Part shown: piece by piece, positions 9,516 to 18,794 of the stretch | How the letters are laid out: each line of letters begins with the position of its first letter | How positions within the stretch are numbered: the stretch's first letter is position 1 | Origin: an uncultured Anaerolineales bacterium | Lineage (GTDB): Bacteria > Chloroflexota > Anaerolineae > UBA7937 > B3-Chlor | Assembly (NCBI GenBank): GCA_964347945.1 | Contig: CAYGAW010000186.1 | Location: 13,865 to 77,864 of the forward strand | Direction of reading: 5' to 3' | Length of the DNA: 64,000 bases | The notes under the pieces: model-generated | Seen by the model: the letters and a program-made list of their open reading frames with translations, nothing else | Databases searched by the model: none | What the model was told of the DNA's origin: nothing | Position numbers and translations under genes: made by a program

Positions 9516-10185
9516 CGAACTTGTAGCCTACTCCATACACAGTCTTGATGCGTTGTGGATTCCCGGGGTCAGCTTCGATCTTCTTGCGCAGATTCTTGAT
9601 GTGGACATCTATGGTTCTCTCGTAGCCATCGTAGGCGTATCCCTGGGTCTGCTCCAGAAGCTGAGAGCGCGTGAAGGCCCTCCCTGGATCTCCCATGAGC
9701 GTCGCCAGCAGATCGAACTCCGTCGGCGTTAGTTCGATGGGTTTGTCTCCAACTGTTACCGCATGTCGAGAGATATCCACCGTGATGTCGCCCCGAGAGA
9801 TCCTTTCGGGCTCAGGAGGCAAACCCTGGACTCGACGCAGTACGGCTCGCACTCGTGCTACCAACTCGCGGGGCGAAAAGGGCTTGGTCACATAGTCGTC
9901 GGCGCCGAGTTCCAATCCGACCAGCTTGTCGCTTTCCTCCACGCGTGCCGTCAACATGACGATGGGCACGTCGGATTCTTTGTGCAACGCCCGGCACACG
10001 TCCCATCCGTCCATCTCGGGTAGCATCAGATCAAGAACCACCAAGTCGGGCTTCTCGTGGCGCGCGATCTGCATGGCCTTCTTTCCGTCGTAGGCCACCA
10101 CGACCTGAAAGCCGTCTCGCTCCAGATAGGCCCGCACGACCTTCACGATGCCGGGATCGTCATCTACTACCAGTACCTTCCTCAT
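9508..10185 (-). CDS. OmpR-family response regulator
   Basis: MRKVLVVDDDP...DLVVLDLMLPEMDG receiver and winged-helix C-terminus (LTPTEFDLL...VYGVGYKF). Confidence 0.9.
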   Translation of the reverse strand: MRKVLVVDDDPGIVKVVRAYLERDGFQVVVAYDGKKAMQIARHEKPDLVVLDLMLPEMDGWDVCRALHKESDVPIVMLTARVEESDKLVGLELGADDYVTKPFSPRELVARVRAVLRRVQGLPPEPERISRGDITVDISRHAVTVGDKPIELTPTEFDLLATLMGDPGRAFTRSQLLEQTQGYAYDGYERTIDVHIKNLRKKIEADPGNPQRIKTVYGVGYKFDE

Positions 10186-10232
10186 GGACTGTCTCCCGTG
10201 AACCGCTCGCATCCCGGATCCGGATCAGAGTA

Positions 10233-10261
10233 ATCATACTGTACGGTGGAGCGTATGTCAA
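10233..10261 (-). promoter_or_regulatory. sigma70-like promoter for the OmpR/HK operon
   Basis: On the minus strand: TTGACA (10261-10256), 17 nt, TATGAT (10238-10233). Confidence 0.5.
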
Positions 10262-10310
10262 CGCTTCCGTGGCCCGTCCGAGATACCGCTTGGGCGAGCA
10301 AGGGCGTTTA

Positions 10311-11516
10311 TCACGGTCGCCACGAGATCACCCTTTCGTTGACGCCACTGTATTGGATCTCCAGGGATTCCGTAACATTGTCGAGTATCTCCGCCTGGCT
10401 GCTGCCGTCGGCGTCCATGACGTAGAACTCCCATTCGCCCCCTCGGTCCGACAGGAAGACGATTTGCTCACCGTCGAGGCTCCACGCCGGCGACACGTTG
10501 TTTGGCCGTGGTTTCACGTAGGCCGAACTGCTGGTCAATGGGTGACGATCGCTGCCATCGGCGTTCATGATGTAGATCTCCCAATGGTCGTGCTGCCAGT
10601 GCATGAAGGCGATGCGAGTACCGTCCGGAGACCACACCGGGAAGTGGTCATGCACATTGTTGGTCAACACGGTGTTGTTGGGGCCTTCTACCGTGGTCAA
10701 ACACAACCCGTGGAGCTCGGACGGAATTGCGCCGCTATCACCTCCATCATAGACTAGCCATTCTCCGTCGGCAGACCAGGTGGGGGAGTAGGAAAAGCGG
10801 TCATTGTAAGGTTGGTGAAGGTACCCATCAGCCACGTCCACAACTCCCATATGCGACTCGCTCTGAGGCTGGGGGGGAATCGTTCTACAATCGTCCCCCA
10901 TGCACATCTTCTTGGGCGCCGTCAAGCCCTCTGTCTCGAAGTAGAAGGCTATCTGGGTCCCATTGGGAGACCAGACGGGTGCTCGGGCCACATTGGAACT
11001 GAACAATAACCTCTCGCCGGTGCCGTCGGCACTGATGACATAGACGCCCCATGGAGTTGTCCAGCGTACGAAGGTTATCTGGGCCCCATCCGGGGACCAA
11101 CTGGGGTCCATCCCACTTGTCAGGCGCGTGAGGCCGCTGCCGTCGGCGTTCACCGTGTAGATGTCGCCGCCGCTGGCCACCTGGAATACGAAACGACCTT
11201 CCAGTTCATTTGTCGGTGATTGCTCAGGTGTCGGTGTTGATTCAGCGGGCATCTGCGTTGCGGCAACCTCCGCTGTGCTGCTTGGCGCCGGAGTGTCCGT
11301 AGGCTCCACAGCCTCGGGTGCCGGTGTTCTCGTCGGCGACGTAGGAATGGCCGTTGACTCAGGGGTCGGGGTAGCTGTGGCCGTCTCTTCCAAGACTGCC
11401 GGTGGAGGCGTGGGGGCGTGCGTGTCCGCTGCCTCTGGCACCCCAGCCTCTCCACAGCCGCACAACAGTACTATGAGCAGGGCAAGCAGCAAGGTCCTCT
11501 TCATCATCAATTGCAT
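10311..11516 (-). CDS. lipoprotein with PT-rich linker and TolB-like PD40 beta-propeller repeats
   Basis: Lipobox LLCGCG. Repeated SPDG/SADG...I.F... PD40-type blades (WSPDGAQITF, WSPNGTQIAF, WSADGEWLVY, WSPDGTRIAF, WSLDGEQIVF). Confidence 0.8.
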   Translation of the reverse strand: MQLMMKRTLLLALLIVLLCGCGEAGVPEAADTHAPTPPPAVLEETATATPTPESTAIPTSPTRTPAPEAVEPTDTPAPSSTAEVAATQMPAESTPTPEQSPTNELEGRFVFQVASGGDIYTVNADGSGLTRLTSGMDPSWSPDGAQITFVRWTTPWGVYVISADGTGERLLFSSNVARAPVWSPNGTQIAFYFETEGLTAPKKMCMGDDCRTIPPQPQSESHMGVVDVADGYLHQPYNDRFSYSPTWSADGEWLVYDGGDSGAIPSELHGLCLTTVEGPNNTVLTNNVHDHFPVWSPDGTRIAFMHWQHDHWEIYIMNADGSDRHPLTSSSAYVKPRPNNVSPAWSLDGEQIVFLSDRGGEWEFYVMDADGSSQAEILDNVTESLEIQYSGVNERVISWRP

Positions 11517-11629
11517 CCTCTACACTATGGTGCACTGGAACCGCGCAGCCGCGAGCTGATCAACTGGCACGAATCTCGTTTCGCCCGATTGTCTATCCCG
11601 CAATCAACCATTGTCTGGCCACCGATCGA

Positions 11630-12925
11630 TCACGATTCAGCTGCCCGCATCTCGAGAAGTTCGATGACGTGGTCCGTGAAGGCTCTGCCAAAGCCCATGC
11701 CCATTTCACCCCGCTCGGCCATGACGGTAGCCCGCTCCTCTGGACTGAGATTGCCGAAGCCGCCGGGCCCTATGCCCGGTGGGCCCTCTCCGACCTCCCG
11801 TTCCAGCGTGGCCAGAGCCTGTATCGTCGGCGCTCCCTCCATCTCCACCAGAACGGGATCTACGCGCACTACGTGGCCAGCGAATACCTCATCGGGCAGG
11901 GCGTCGAAGATCACCTCCACCTCATAGCCGACGGCGATCAAATCCAGGTCGGTCTCGTCCAGGTAGAGCTCCACCAGTGGCTGAGAGAGGTCAGCTAGAG
12001 TGACCATGGCGCCAGTGCCCACCATCTCCCCTGTTGAAGCAGCCACTACGGTAACGGTGCCCGAGAAAGGCGCGGTGAGGACCATCTCCTCCAGCTGCTT
12101 CTGGGCGGAGGTCAGGTTGTTACGCGCCTGCTCCACGTTCAATTGGGCTGTTTCCAAGTCCTCGGCCGTCGCTCCATTCAGCAGGGAATTGAGGTTTGAC
12201 TGAGCCTGAGCGACGCTGGCCTGTGCGGCAGCGATCTGCTCCTCAGTGGCACTAGCCATCGCCATGTCGTGGTTGGCCTTGGCCTTGTCATAGGCCGCAG
12301 TGGCCGACCATAGATCCATGGCCTGAGAGGATGAGGCGGCATCGGGCCGCCAGGAGACCTTGTCGTAGGCTGCCTGGGCCTGCTGTAGTTCTTTCTCAGC
12401 CGTAGCCAGGTCGGCTTGGGCGATGATGATCTCCTCTGCCGAAGGACCGTTGAGAAGGTCTTCCAGTGCCTCTTGCGCACTGGTCAATTGAAACTGGGCC
12501 GCCGCCAACTCCGCCGCATCCGGCGTCCCGGTCAGTTCAGCCAGCTGAAGCTCGGCCAGCCGTAGGTTGATCTCGGCCTCGGTCACCTGGGATTGGGCAT
12601 CAGCGTCATTTAGGCGGGCAAGCACATCACCTGCTTGTATCTGATCTCCCACTTCGACCAGCACTTCGGCCAGACGACCGCCGCTGCTGAAGCTCAGATC
12701 CACCTCAGTACTGGGGATCAGAGTGCCGGTGCCGCCGGCGACCACAATCAGGTTGCCCCGGCGCACCGTGGCCGTCTGGATCGTCTCCTCTCCGTCGACC
12801 GTCTCCGCCTGCGCGTACTGTCCATAGTAGTACCAGCCGCCCCCTATGGCCACAAGCGCGACGACGGTAAGAACGGTAACGATAACCACACGCCTGTCTC
12901 TGAACAAAGAGCTCAGACTACTCAT
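11630..12925 (-). CDS. HlyD-family membrane-fusion (periplasmic adaptor) protein
   Basis: N-terminal TM, a biotinyl-lipoyl-like segment (GRLAEVLVEVGDQIQAGDVLARL), a long coiled-coil with repeated AQ/AE heptads, and a beta-barrel segment. Confidence 0.8.
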   Translation of the reverse strand: MSSLSSLFRDRRVVIVTVLTVVALVAIGGGWYYYGQYAQAETVDGEETIQTATVRRGNLIVVAGGTGTLIPSTEVDLSFSSGGRLAEVLVEVGDQIQAGDVLARLNDADAQSQVTEAEINLRLAELQLAELTGTPDAAELAAAQFQLTSAQEALEDLLNGPSAEEIIIAQADLATAEKELQQAQAAYDKVSWRPDAASSSQAMDLWSATAAYDKAKANHDMAMASATEEQIAAAQASVAQAQSNLNSLLNGATAEDLETAQLNVEQARNNLTSAQKQLEEMVLTAPFSGTVTVVAASTGEMVGTGAMVTLADLSQPLVELYLDETDLDLIAVGYEVEVIFDALPDEVFAGHVVRVDPVLVEMEGAPTIQALATLEREVGEGPPGIGPGGFGNLSPEERATVMAERGEMGMGFGRAFTDHVIELLEMRAAES

Positions 12926-13554
12926 CCATCACCCTCCTATTCCCTGCCCGTGGGGAGAATCAATCCTTTTCCAATAGGAAGCGTACCATGAGACTATGAA
13001 GGAACTGTTAAGGGACTATGAAGATGGGAGGTGAGTCAATCTTCCTCCCGTGGCCTGTTCCACAACACCAAATGTGCGGAGCCATGTCTAGGATGACCTA
13101 AGAAGGTAGAGAACCACAAGGGGCCAGACTGCGGTTTGGCTTCTTGTTCGTAGCGGGTGCTCAAGCTGATGATCTAGACCGTCAGCGCCCTCGGAGATTG
13201 GCATGCGATTACTGGTGCTAGGAGAAACCAGTCGGGTATCCAGACCTGTGCCAGCGGTGCCCGTCACGGTCCTGGGGCGCAGATTGACACACTGCAAGAC
13301 CGTTGCCCAGGGTTGCCAGACGATGCTACAATGCTCTTGAGGCCTTGGTGTTGCAGACACCCCGAGTTGTTATGACTTCTGAAACATTCTCCTCCAAAAC
13401 GACCGCGAAGCTCGAATTCCAGTGGCACACCTGCCGGTGGGTAACGCAATTGAGGCACTAGGAGTGGAATGGGAGTTTCGCTGGGTTTATTTCTTGCTCG
13501 ACAAGCGCTGTCCTACCGTGCCCTGATGGCATGGGAACGAGGAGGGGTATCTCA

Positions 13555-14736
13555 ATGAGAATCTTGGTCTTGGGTAGTGGGCTCATGGGGCCAGCGGCGG
13601 CGTTCAACGCCATGTCGGACCCTGACGTACCAGGGGTGACTCTGTGTGATATTGATCAGCGGCAGTTGGATGCTGCGCAGGCGAAGCTCCGGAGCATGGA
13701 CGGGGGTGAGAAACTGACCACCGTAGCACTTGACTTGAACGATCAATTGGCGGCCACCCGGCTGATGGCAGATTTCGACGCCATCGTCAGTGCTCTGCCT
13801 AGGGTGGCCATTCCTTTGGGTATCCAGGCGGCCGTGGCTGCCAACACGCCCCTGGTGGACCTGGGTCACCCCGCTCAAACAGAACGTGTGGGTTTGAAGC
13901 GACAGGTGGAGGCTGCAGGCGGGCTGGTCATCCTGGGTTGTGGTGTGGAGCCAGGCCTGACCGAGATCATGGCTCGCTATCTGGCGGAGAAGCTGGACCG
14001 GGTGGACGAACTGCACATCAAGTGTGGTGGCATTCCGGAGAACCCTGCCCCGCCCCTGGGCTACAAAATCGTCTTTGGCGGACGTCAGCTGCCGTTGAGG
14101 GAGAGCGACGCACATGTCGTTGAAAGCGGTGAACTCAAGCCCGTGCCTCGCTACTCTGGCGTGGAAACGGTGTTCTTCCCCGGCGTAGGTGAGTGCGAGG
14201 CTTGGCATGAGGGCTTCATGCCTTGGTTGCTCGACCTGGACTCTTTGAAGGGCCTGAAGCTCGGCACGCAGAAGACTTGTCGCTGGCCCGGGTACGCCGC
14301 CAAAGTGACGGTGCTCAAAGAGATGGGGCTACTCAGCGAAGAGCCTGTCGAGGTGGACGGCGTTCAGGTTGCACCCAAGAGGCTGGTCGATGCGTTGCTG
14401 TACCCCCGCGTCAAGCTGGAGGAAGGCGAGCGAGACATCACCCTCTTCCGCGTGGAGGCAACAGGCGAGAAGAACGGGGGTCTGCGCCGGTACAGGATCG
14501 AGATGGTGGATCGCTACGACGACGTACTCGGCTTCACATCGATGGCCCGCACTACGGCGTTCACTGCGGCCATTGTCGCTCGCATGATCGCGCGCGGCGG
14601 GCACGAGGCCAAAGGGATGCTGACTCCAGAGCAGCTCATCACCGGTCCGCTGTTCTACAGGCTGCTGGCCGAGTTGGCCGCCGTCAACGTTCGCTTCGAG
14701 ATGACGACAGAGAAGGTTGAAGATCTGAGCCCCTGA
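13555..14736 (+). CDS. saccharopine dehydrogenase family NAD(P)-binding protein
   Basis: MRILVLGSGLMGPAAAFN Rossmann start, GCGVEPGLTEIMA, and overall Sacchrp_dh architecture. Confidence 0.85.
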   Translation: MRILVLGSGLMGPAAAFNAMSDPDVPGVTLCDIDQRQLDAAQAKLRSMDGGEKLTTVALDLNDQLAATRLMADFDAIVSALPRVAIPLGIQAAVAANTPLVDLGHPAQTERVGLKRQVEAAGGLVILGCGVEPGLTEIMARYLAEKLDRVDELHIKCGGIPENPAPPLGYKIVFGGRQLPLRESDAHVVESGELKPVPRYSGVETVFFPGVGECEAWHEGFMPWLLDLDSLKGLKLGTQKTCRWPGYAAKVTVLKEMGLLSEEPVEVDGVQVAPKRLVDALLYPRVKLEEGERDITLFRVEATGEKNGGLRRYRIEMVDRYDDVLGFTSMARTTAFTAAIVARMIARGGHEAKGMLTPEQLITGPLFYRLLAELAAVNVRFEMTTEKVEDLSP

Positions 14737-15014
14737 TCCCGTTGCTCGCCCTCTCTGATGATCTTGAGCTCCACCGTGTCGCCGACGACGGTTTCGCTCC
14801 CCAGGTACACAGTTAGCCCTTGCGAGTTGGCCACGCTTTGGCCACTGATGGGTACGATTATGTCTCCGTCCGCTGGCACACGGTAGTTGCCGGCCCATAC
14901 GACACGACCGCCGCCCAATATGCCAGCCTTCCATCGCGGTCGTGCATGCGCGGGCAGCCTGCGCAAATGGTGTGGGGAGGAGCGCTCAAGCACTCCTCCC
15001 AACTCACGGTTCAT
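14655..15014 (-). pseudogene. PDZ-domain-only ORF resembling the C-terminus of an HtrA-type protease (possible relic)
   Basis: AGILGGGRVVWAGNYRVPADGDIIVPISGQSVANSQGLTVYLGSETVVGDTVELKIIREGE looks like an HtrA PDZ. No protease domain lies upstream. The last ~27 codons overlap the convergent gene end at 14736. Confidence 0.3.
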
Positions 15015-15053
15015 GGCTCTCCTCCTTCCACGCGGTCAGCGCGTGCTACGCGG

Positions 15054-15527
15054 TCACTCGGTTGGGAAGGGAGCTCTGCCGAATCCGCGGCCCATACCGA
15101 AGCCTTGCCCGCCGGGGAAGAACCCCTGCTCGAGCCCCTCAAGGAGCCAGCCGGCCTGCTCCTGGCTGAGGTTGCCGTCCTCGACGGCCTGCTGGATCCG
15201 CTGTTGCATGGCTTCGGCCCGGGCGGCATGCATGGCATCTTGCAGCACTTCCGTGTCGATGCCCTGCTCCTCGGCGACCTGGGTCAGACTCTTGCCGGCA
15301 TCATGCAGGTCGGTGAAGAGCCCTTGAGGAGTCACGCCGAGGGCGTCGGCCGCGGCGTCGAAGACTGTCCACATGCCACCGCCCCACCCGAAGCCACAGG
15401 GCTCACCGGTCTCGGGGTCGATCTCCTGAGCGAAGACAAGTGTACCTCCCACCAGGCCCACCAGCAGTAGCGCCGTCAACGCTCCGCTGGACAGCACCAA
15501 GAGCCTCTTCTTGCTCACCTGATTCAC
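15054..15527 (-). CDS. small TM-anchored/secreted protein with Gly-rich C-terminus (paralogue A)
   Basis: Signal/anchor LLVLSSGALTALLLVGLVGG. Helical core LTPQGLFTDLHDAGKSLTQVAEEQGID...LSQEQAGWLLEGLEQGFF, then GGQGFGMGRGFG. About 75% DNA identity by eye to the neighbour at 15879-16421. Confidence 0.7.
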   Translation of the reverse strand: MNQVSKKRLLVLSSGALTALLLVGLVGGTLVFAQEIDPETGEPCGFGWGGGMWTVFDAAADALGVTPQGLFTDLHDAGKSLTQVAEEQGIDTEVLQDAMHAARAEAMQQRIQQAVEDGNLSQEQAGWLLEGLEQGFFPGGQGFGMGRGFGRAPFPTE

Positions 15528-15878
15528 CTCCTTTCTGCCTAGATTTGGATTGGGTTTTCACCAACCCGCCCTAATGCTAGCAGAGGGATATGATCAGGTT
15601 GTTAAGATGCTATGGGGGTTCCATGTGGATGATGATGCAGCGCTCTGCATACTCAGGGTGACTTGCCCGACACGTCCGTCGAGGTGGGACGACATAGCAA
15701 CGCTGACAACTTCCCCTCGCTGCTTCGCGAGTCCCTACCGTGAGCGAGTGCTCCAAAGACGGTTGAAGGGCGTGCAATGACAAGGAGGGACAGATTGCGG
15801 TCTGTCCCTCCTGTTCCTATTGGGCGCTAAGGCTGATCCGTGCGTGAATTGCCGGCGCGCCCGCAGATTGATGCACTC

Positions 15879-16421
15879 TTAATGTTCTTGGGGAGTGCCC
15901 CCTCCGAACCGGCCCCAGGGCCCGAAACCACCACGGCCGAGGCCGAAATGTCCGCCGCGTCCCATGCCTCGCCCACCGCGGAAGAATCCCTGGTCAAGCC
16001 CCTCAAGGAGCCAGGCGGCCTGCTCTTGAGTCAGCTTCCCATCCTCGACGGCTTGCTCGATGGCTTCCCGCATGGCCTCGCCGCGAGCGGCACCGACGGC
16101 ATCTTGCACCACTTCGATATCGATCCCCTTCTCCTCGGCGATTTCGGTCACTGTCTTGCCGGCATCATGTAGCTCGGTGAAGAGCCCCTGGGGGGTGAGA
16201 CCCAGAGCCTCGGCCACCGTGTCGAACATTGTCCATGAGCGACCACCCCAGCCGAAGCCGAGCCAGCCGCGATCGCCACAGGGCCACGTAGGCTCACCCT
16301 CCTCAGCGGAGACGGGGATCGCTCCCCAGAGAACCCCACCGACGAGGCCGCCCAGGATGACCACCGCGGCAAACGAGGCAGCCATTCCGCCGACGATCCA
16401 CCATTTCTTTGACGACTTCAA
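15879..16421 (-). CDS. small TM-anchored/secreted protein with Gly-rich C-terminus (paralogue B)
   Basis: Same architecture as 15054-15527 (LTPQGLFTELHDAGKTVTEIAEEKGID...LTQEQAAWLLEGLDQGFF, GRGMGRGGHFGLGRGGFG). Confidence 0.7.
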   Translation of the reverse strand: MKSSKKWWIVGGMAASFAAVVILGGLVGGVLWGAIPVSAEEGEPTWPCGDRGWLGFGWGGRSWTMFDTVAEALGLTPQGLFTELHDAGKTVTEIAEEKGIDIEVVQDAVGAARGEAMREAIEQAVEDGKLTQEQAAWLLEGLDQGFFRGGRGMGRGGHFGLGRGGFGPWGRFGGGTPQEH

Positions 16422-16779
16422 AGCTTTTCACCTCTCTTTCCGCGTACAGACTAGCTGGCTGTTCTGCCAGCGTACTCCAACTATAGGGCGAGGGTGTGAA
16501 GAACTCGTGAAGGAACTATGTGGATTTGGTGGAGATTTACCAGCGGAGGCTCCTGGCATATGTTCTCTGGTCAGGCTGGTCGCCGCCTGGGGCAAACAAG
16601 GCGTGAGAGGTGAAGAGCGAGTGAATGGGGCCACGGAGGTTGATGGTCAGCGGGAGCAAGGAATGGCGCCAGTGTTCACTTGTCTGCGATGCGAACAGCG
16701 AAGCAGAGCGGTGGACAGTTGGATCTTCTTTGGCGAACGGTGAGTTGCGGGCCGCTGAGCCGATTTCTATGGCAGCAGT

Positions 16780-18162
16780 TCAGCTCTTCTTGCGCTTCTT
16801 GGTGCGCCGCCTGTTGGCCAGCTGAGAACCGTGGTAGCCAGGCGCCAGAATGGCACAGACGGTGCACCGGGAGACGTCCAGCATTCGTGAAGCTACGTAA
16901 GGGTCGATCTCCTCGATAGTCTTCCGCGTGGTGATGACAGTGGGCAGCCTCCGTGCACCCCGGTAGTTGAGGATTTGATGCAGCTTCTCCTGCGCCCAGG
17001 GGGTCGCGCTCTCGGTCCCCAGTTCGTCCAGGATCAGTAGCGGAGCGCTGCGCACAGTTTCGAAGAGTTGATCATAGGTGACGGGGCTCTCGGGCCTATA
17101 GGTCGCTCGCAGGTGGTCGAGAAGCTCCGGTACTTCCTTGAACACAACCGGCTGTCCATTGTTCATGCAGTTGTTGGCGATGGCAGCTGCCAAGTGGGTC
17201 TTACCACAACCGTGCTCCCCCATGAACACTAGCCAGTCTTGAGGGTCATTGGCGAACTCCTTGGCCGTGGTCAGTGCCTCCTTCAGATTCTGTTGCTCCT
17301 CTCTCGGCAACTCAGGCCGCGGCTTGAAGTTCTCGAAGGTCTTATCGGCATAGAGATGCAGGCTGGTAAGCTTACGCGAGTAGCCGCTGCCGCGGAAGTC
17401 GGGAGTCACGATCCTGTATATCTGGCACAACTCGGGATCGGCCATGCGTGACTGCAACCGTGGATCTATCTCTTCCAACACACGATTGCTGGTGATCACG
17501 GTTGGTAGCCTGGCGTTGTACCGGTAGTTGAAAAGTTGATACAGTTTCTCTTGAGCCCAGGGAGTTGTCTGCTGCGTCCCGAGGTCGTCGAGTACAAGCA
17601 GGGGAGCGGTGAGGATGGCCTCGAACCGCTGGTCGTAGCTGACCGTGCTCCTAGGACTGTAGGTGGCTCGCAGATGATCGAGGAGGTCGGGCACCACGAC
17701 GAAGAGAGTCGGGTGTCCCCGCTCAAGGCAGTAGTTGGCAATGGCCGCCGCCAGGTGGCTTTTTCCGCCACCGTACCCGCCTAGCAGTACCAGCCATCCT
17801 TGAGGATTCTCGGCGAACTCCCGCGCCCTGCGGTATGCCTGCTTGAGGGTCTGTGCCTCGTGAGGAGCGAGGCCGAACCCGTCCACACGGAAGTTGTCGA
17901 ACGTCATCCTTGAGAGAAAGCCCAGATTGCTGGCCTGCCGCAGGTCCTCCAGCTGCTTTTCTGCTATGTCCTCGAGCTTGCACTGGCAGGGGATAGCACG
18001 CCCAAAATCGGGATCGCCGGGCGGCACGTCGCGTCGTAGATAGCCGGCACCGCCGCAAATAGGGCAGGCTTCCTCAGATTCAGTACTTGACGTAGTCCTT
18101 GTACTTGCCTTTGATATACCTGTATCTGTCTTCTTCAGAATCTCGTCCAGCTTTTCCATCAT
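16780..18162 (-). CDS. tandem double DnaC/DnaI-type AAA+ helicase-loader fusion with N-terminal Cys4 motif
   Basis: Two complete loader ATPase modules. Module 1: GGYGGGKSHLAAAIANY...LLVLDDLG...LPTVITSN. Module 2: GEHGCGKTHLAAAIANN...LLILDELG...LPTVITT. N-terminal CPICGGAGYL...PCQC. The start is uncertain: ATG 18162 overlaps the upstream gene by ~83 nt, and the ORF-track start is 18252. Confidence 0.85.
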   Translation of the reverse strand: MMEKLDEILKKTDTGISKASTRTTSSTESEEACPICGGAGYLRRDVPPGDPDFGRAIPCQCKLEDIAEKQLEDLRQASNLGFLSRMTFDNFRVDGFGLAPHEAQTLKQAYRRAREFAENPQGWLVLLGGYGGGKSHLAAAIANYCLERGHPTLFVVVPDLLDHLRATYSPRSTVSYDQRFEAILTAPLLVLDDLGTQQTTPWAQEKLYQLFNYRYNARLPTVITSNRVLEEIDPRLQSRMADPELCQIYRIVTPDFRGSGYSRKLTSLHLYADKTFENFKPRPELPREEQQNLKEALTTAKEFANDPQDWLVFMGEHGCGKTHLAAAIANNCMNNGQPVVFKEVPELLDHLRATYRPESPVTYDQLFETVRSAPLLILDELGTESATPWAQEKLHQILNYRGARRLPTVITTRKTIEEIDPYVASRMLDVSRCTVCAILAPGYHGSQLANRRRTKKRKKS

Positions 18163-18793
18163 CCTTGCCTTCGGTGGCCCATCGCTCCAAGATGGCACGG
18201 ATGTAGCTCCACTTTCGTACGTTCTGCTCCACGGCGATCTTGAACGCTTCATCGATCCACGCAGCAGGGTATGTGTCCTCTGCCTCCTGGAGTTCCTCGG
18301 CGATCATAGGCTGCAGGGTACCGATATTCTGCTCGTAGAGGACGAAGATGTTGGGCCGCTCCACTTCCACCGCGGGTTCTTCGAGAATAGTGGATTCCGC
18401 CAACTGCAATTCTCCGCTGCGAACCCTGTCCACCGCGTGGCGCCCGTGTTCTGTGTTGAGGAAGTACCAATCCTGCTTCTCTCCATCATTGGCACGGGTT
18501 GCGACGTGGAGGAGCGTCCCCCTGATCACTGCGCGCTCCAGTCCCTCGGCCAGCGCTTGCTCTGGTGACTGCCCTGGCGTCTTCACCCCGCGCAGTAGCA
18601 CAGAGTCGTGAAGGAGTTCTTCCCCACTCACGCAGCGTGGGTACCCCTTCATGCGATACAAGAGCCAGATGACGTGGAGGGTCACCTTCAGTTCTGGCAT
18701 GCTGTCTATTTGGGGCAGCAGTTCGCTGAAGAAGAGATCAGGTACAGACGTAAACCGGACCTTGCCAGCGGGGAAACCGACGAAACTCTTCAT
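18080..18793 (-). CDS. DnaD-domain replication initiation/primosome protein
   Basis: C-terminal DnaB_2/DnaD-like segment YPAAWIDEAFKIAVEQNVRKWSYIRAILERWATEG. ATG 18793 follows the dnaB stop (TAA-A-ATG), with GGAGGAG upstream. Confidence 0.8.
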   Translation of the reverse strand: MKSFVGFPAGKVRFTSVPDLFFSELLPQIDSMPELKVTLHVIWLLYRMKGYPRCVSGEELLHDSVLLRGVKTPGQSPEQALAEGLERAVIRGTLLHVATRANDGEKQDWYFLNTEHGRHAVDRVRSGELQLAESTILEEPAVEVERPNIFVLYEQNIGTLQPMIAEELQEAEDTYPAAWIDEAFKIAVEQNVRKWSYIRAILERWATEGKDDGKAGRDSEEDRYRYIKGKYKDYVKY

Positions 18794-18794
18794 T

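Noticed and set aside
13160-13260. The B12-box-like string CCAGACCTGTGCC in the 600-bp gap upstream of the saccharopine dehydrogenase gene raised the possibility of a cobalamin or lysine riboswitch.
   Set aside because: It is only a partial match to the B12 box. The other conserved cobalamin or L-box elements are absent or in the wrong order.
16780-18252. An IstB/DnaC-like ATPase could indicate an IS21-family mobile element.
   Set aside because: There is no transposase (IstA) and no terminal inverted repeats. The gene sits in an operon with dnaB and a DnaD-domain gene, so a chromosomal helicase-loader role is more likely.
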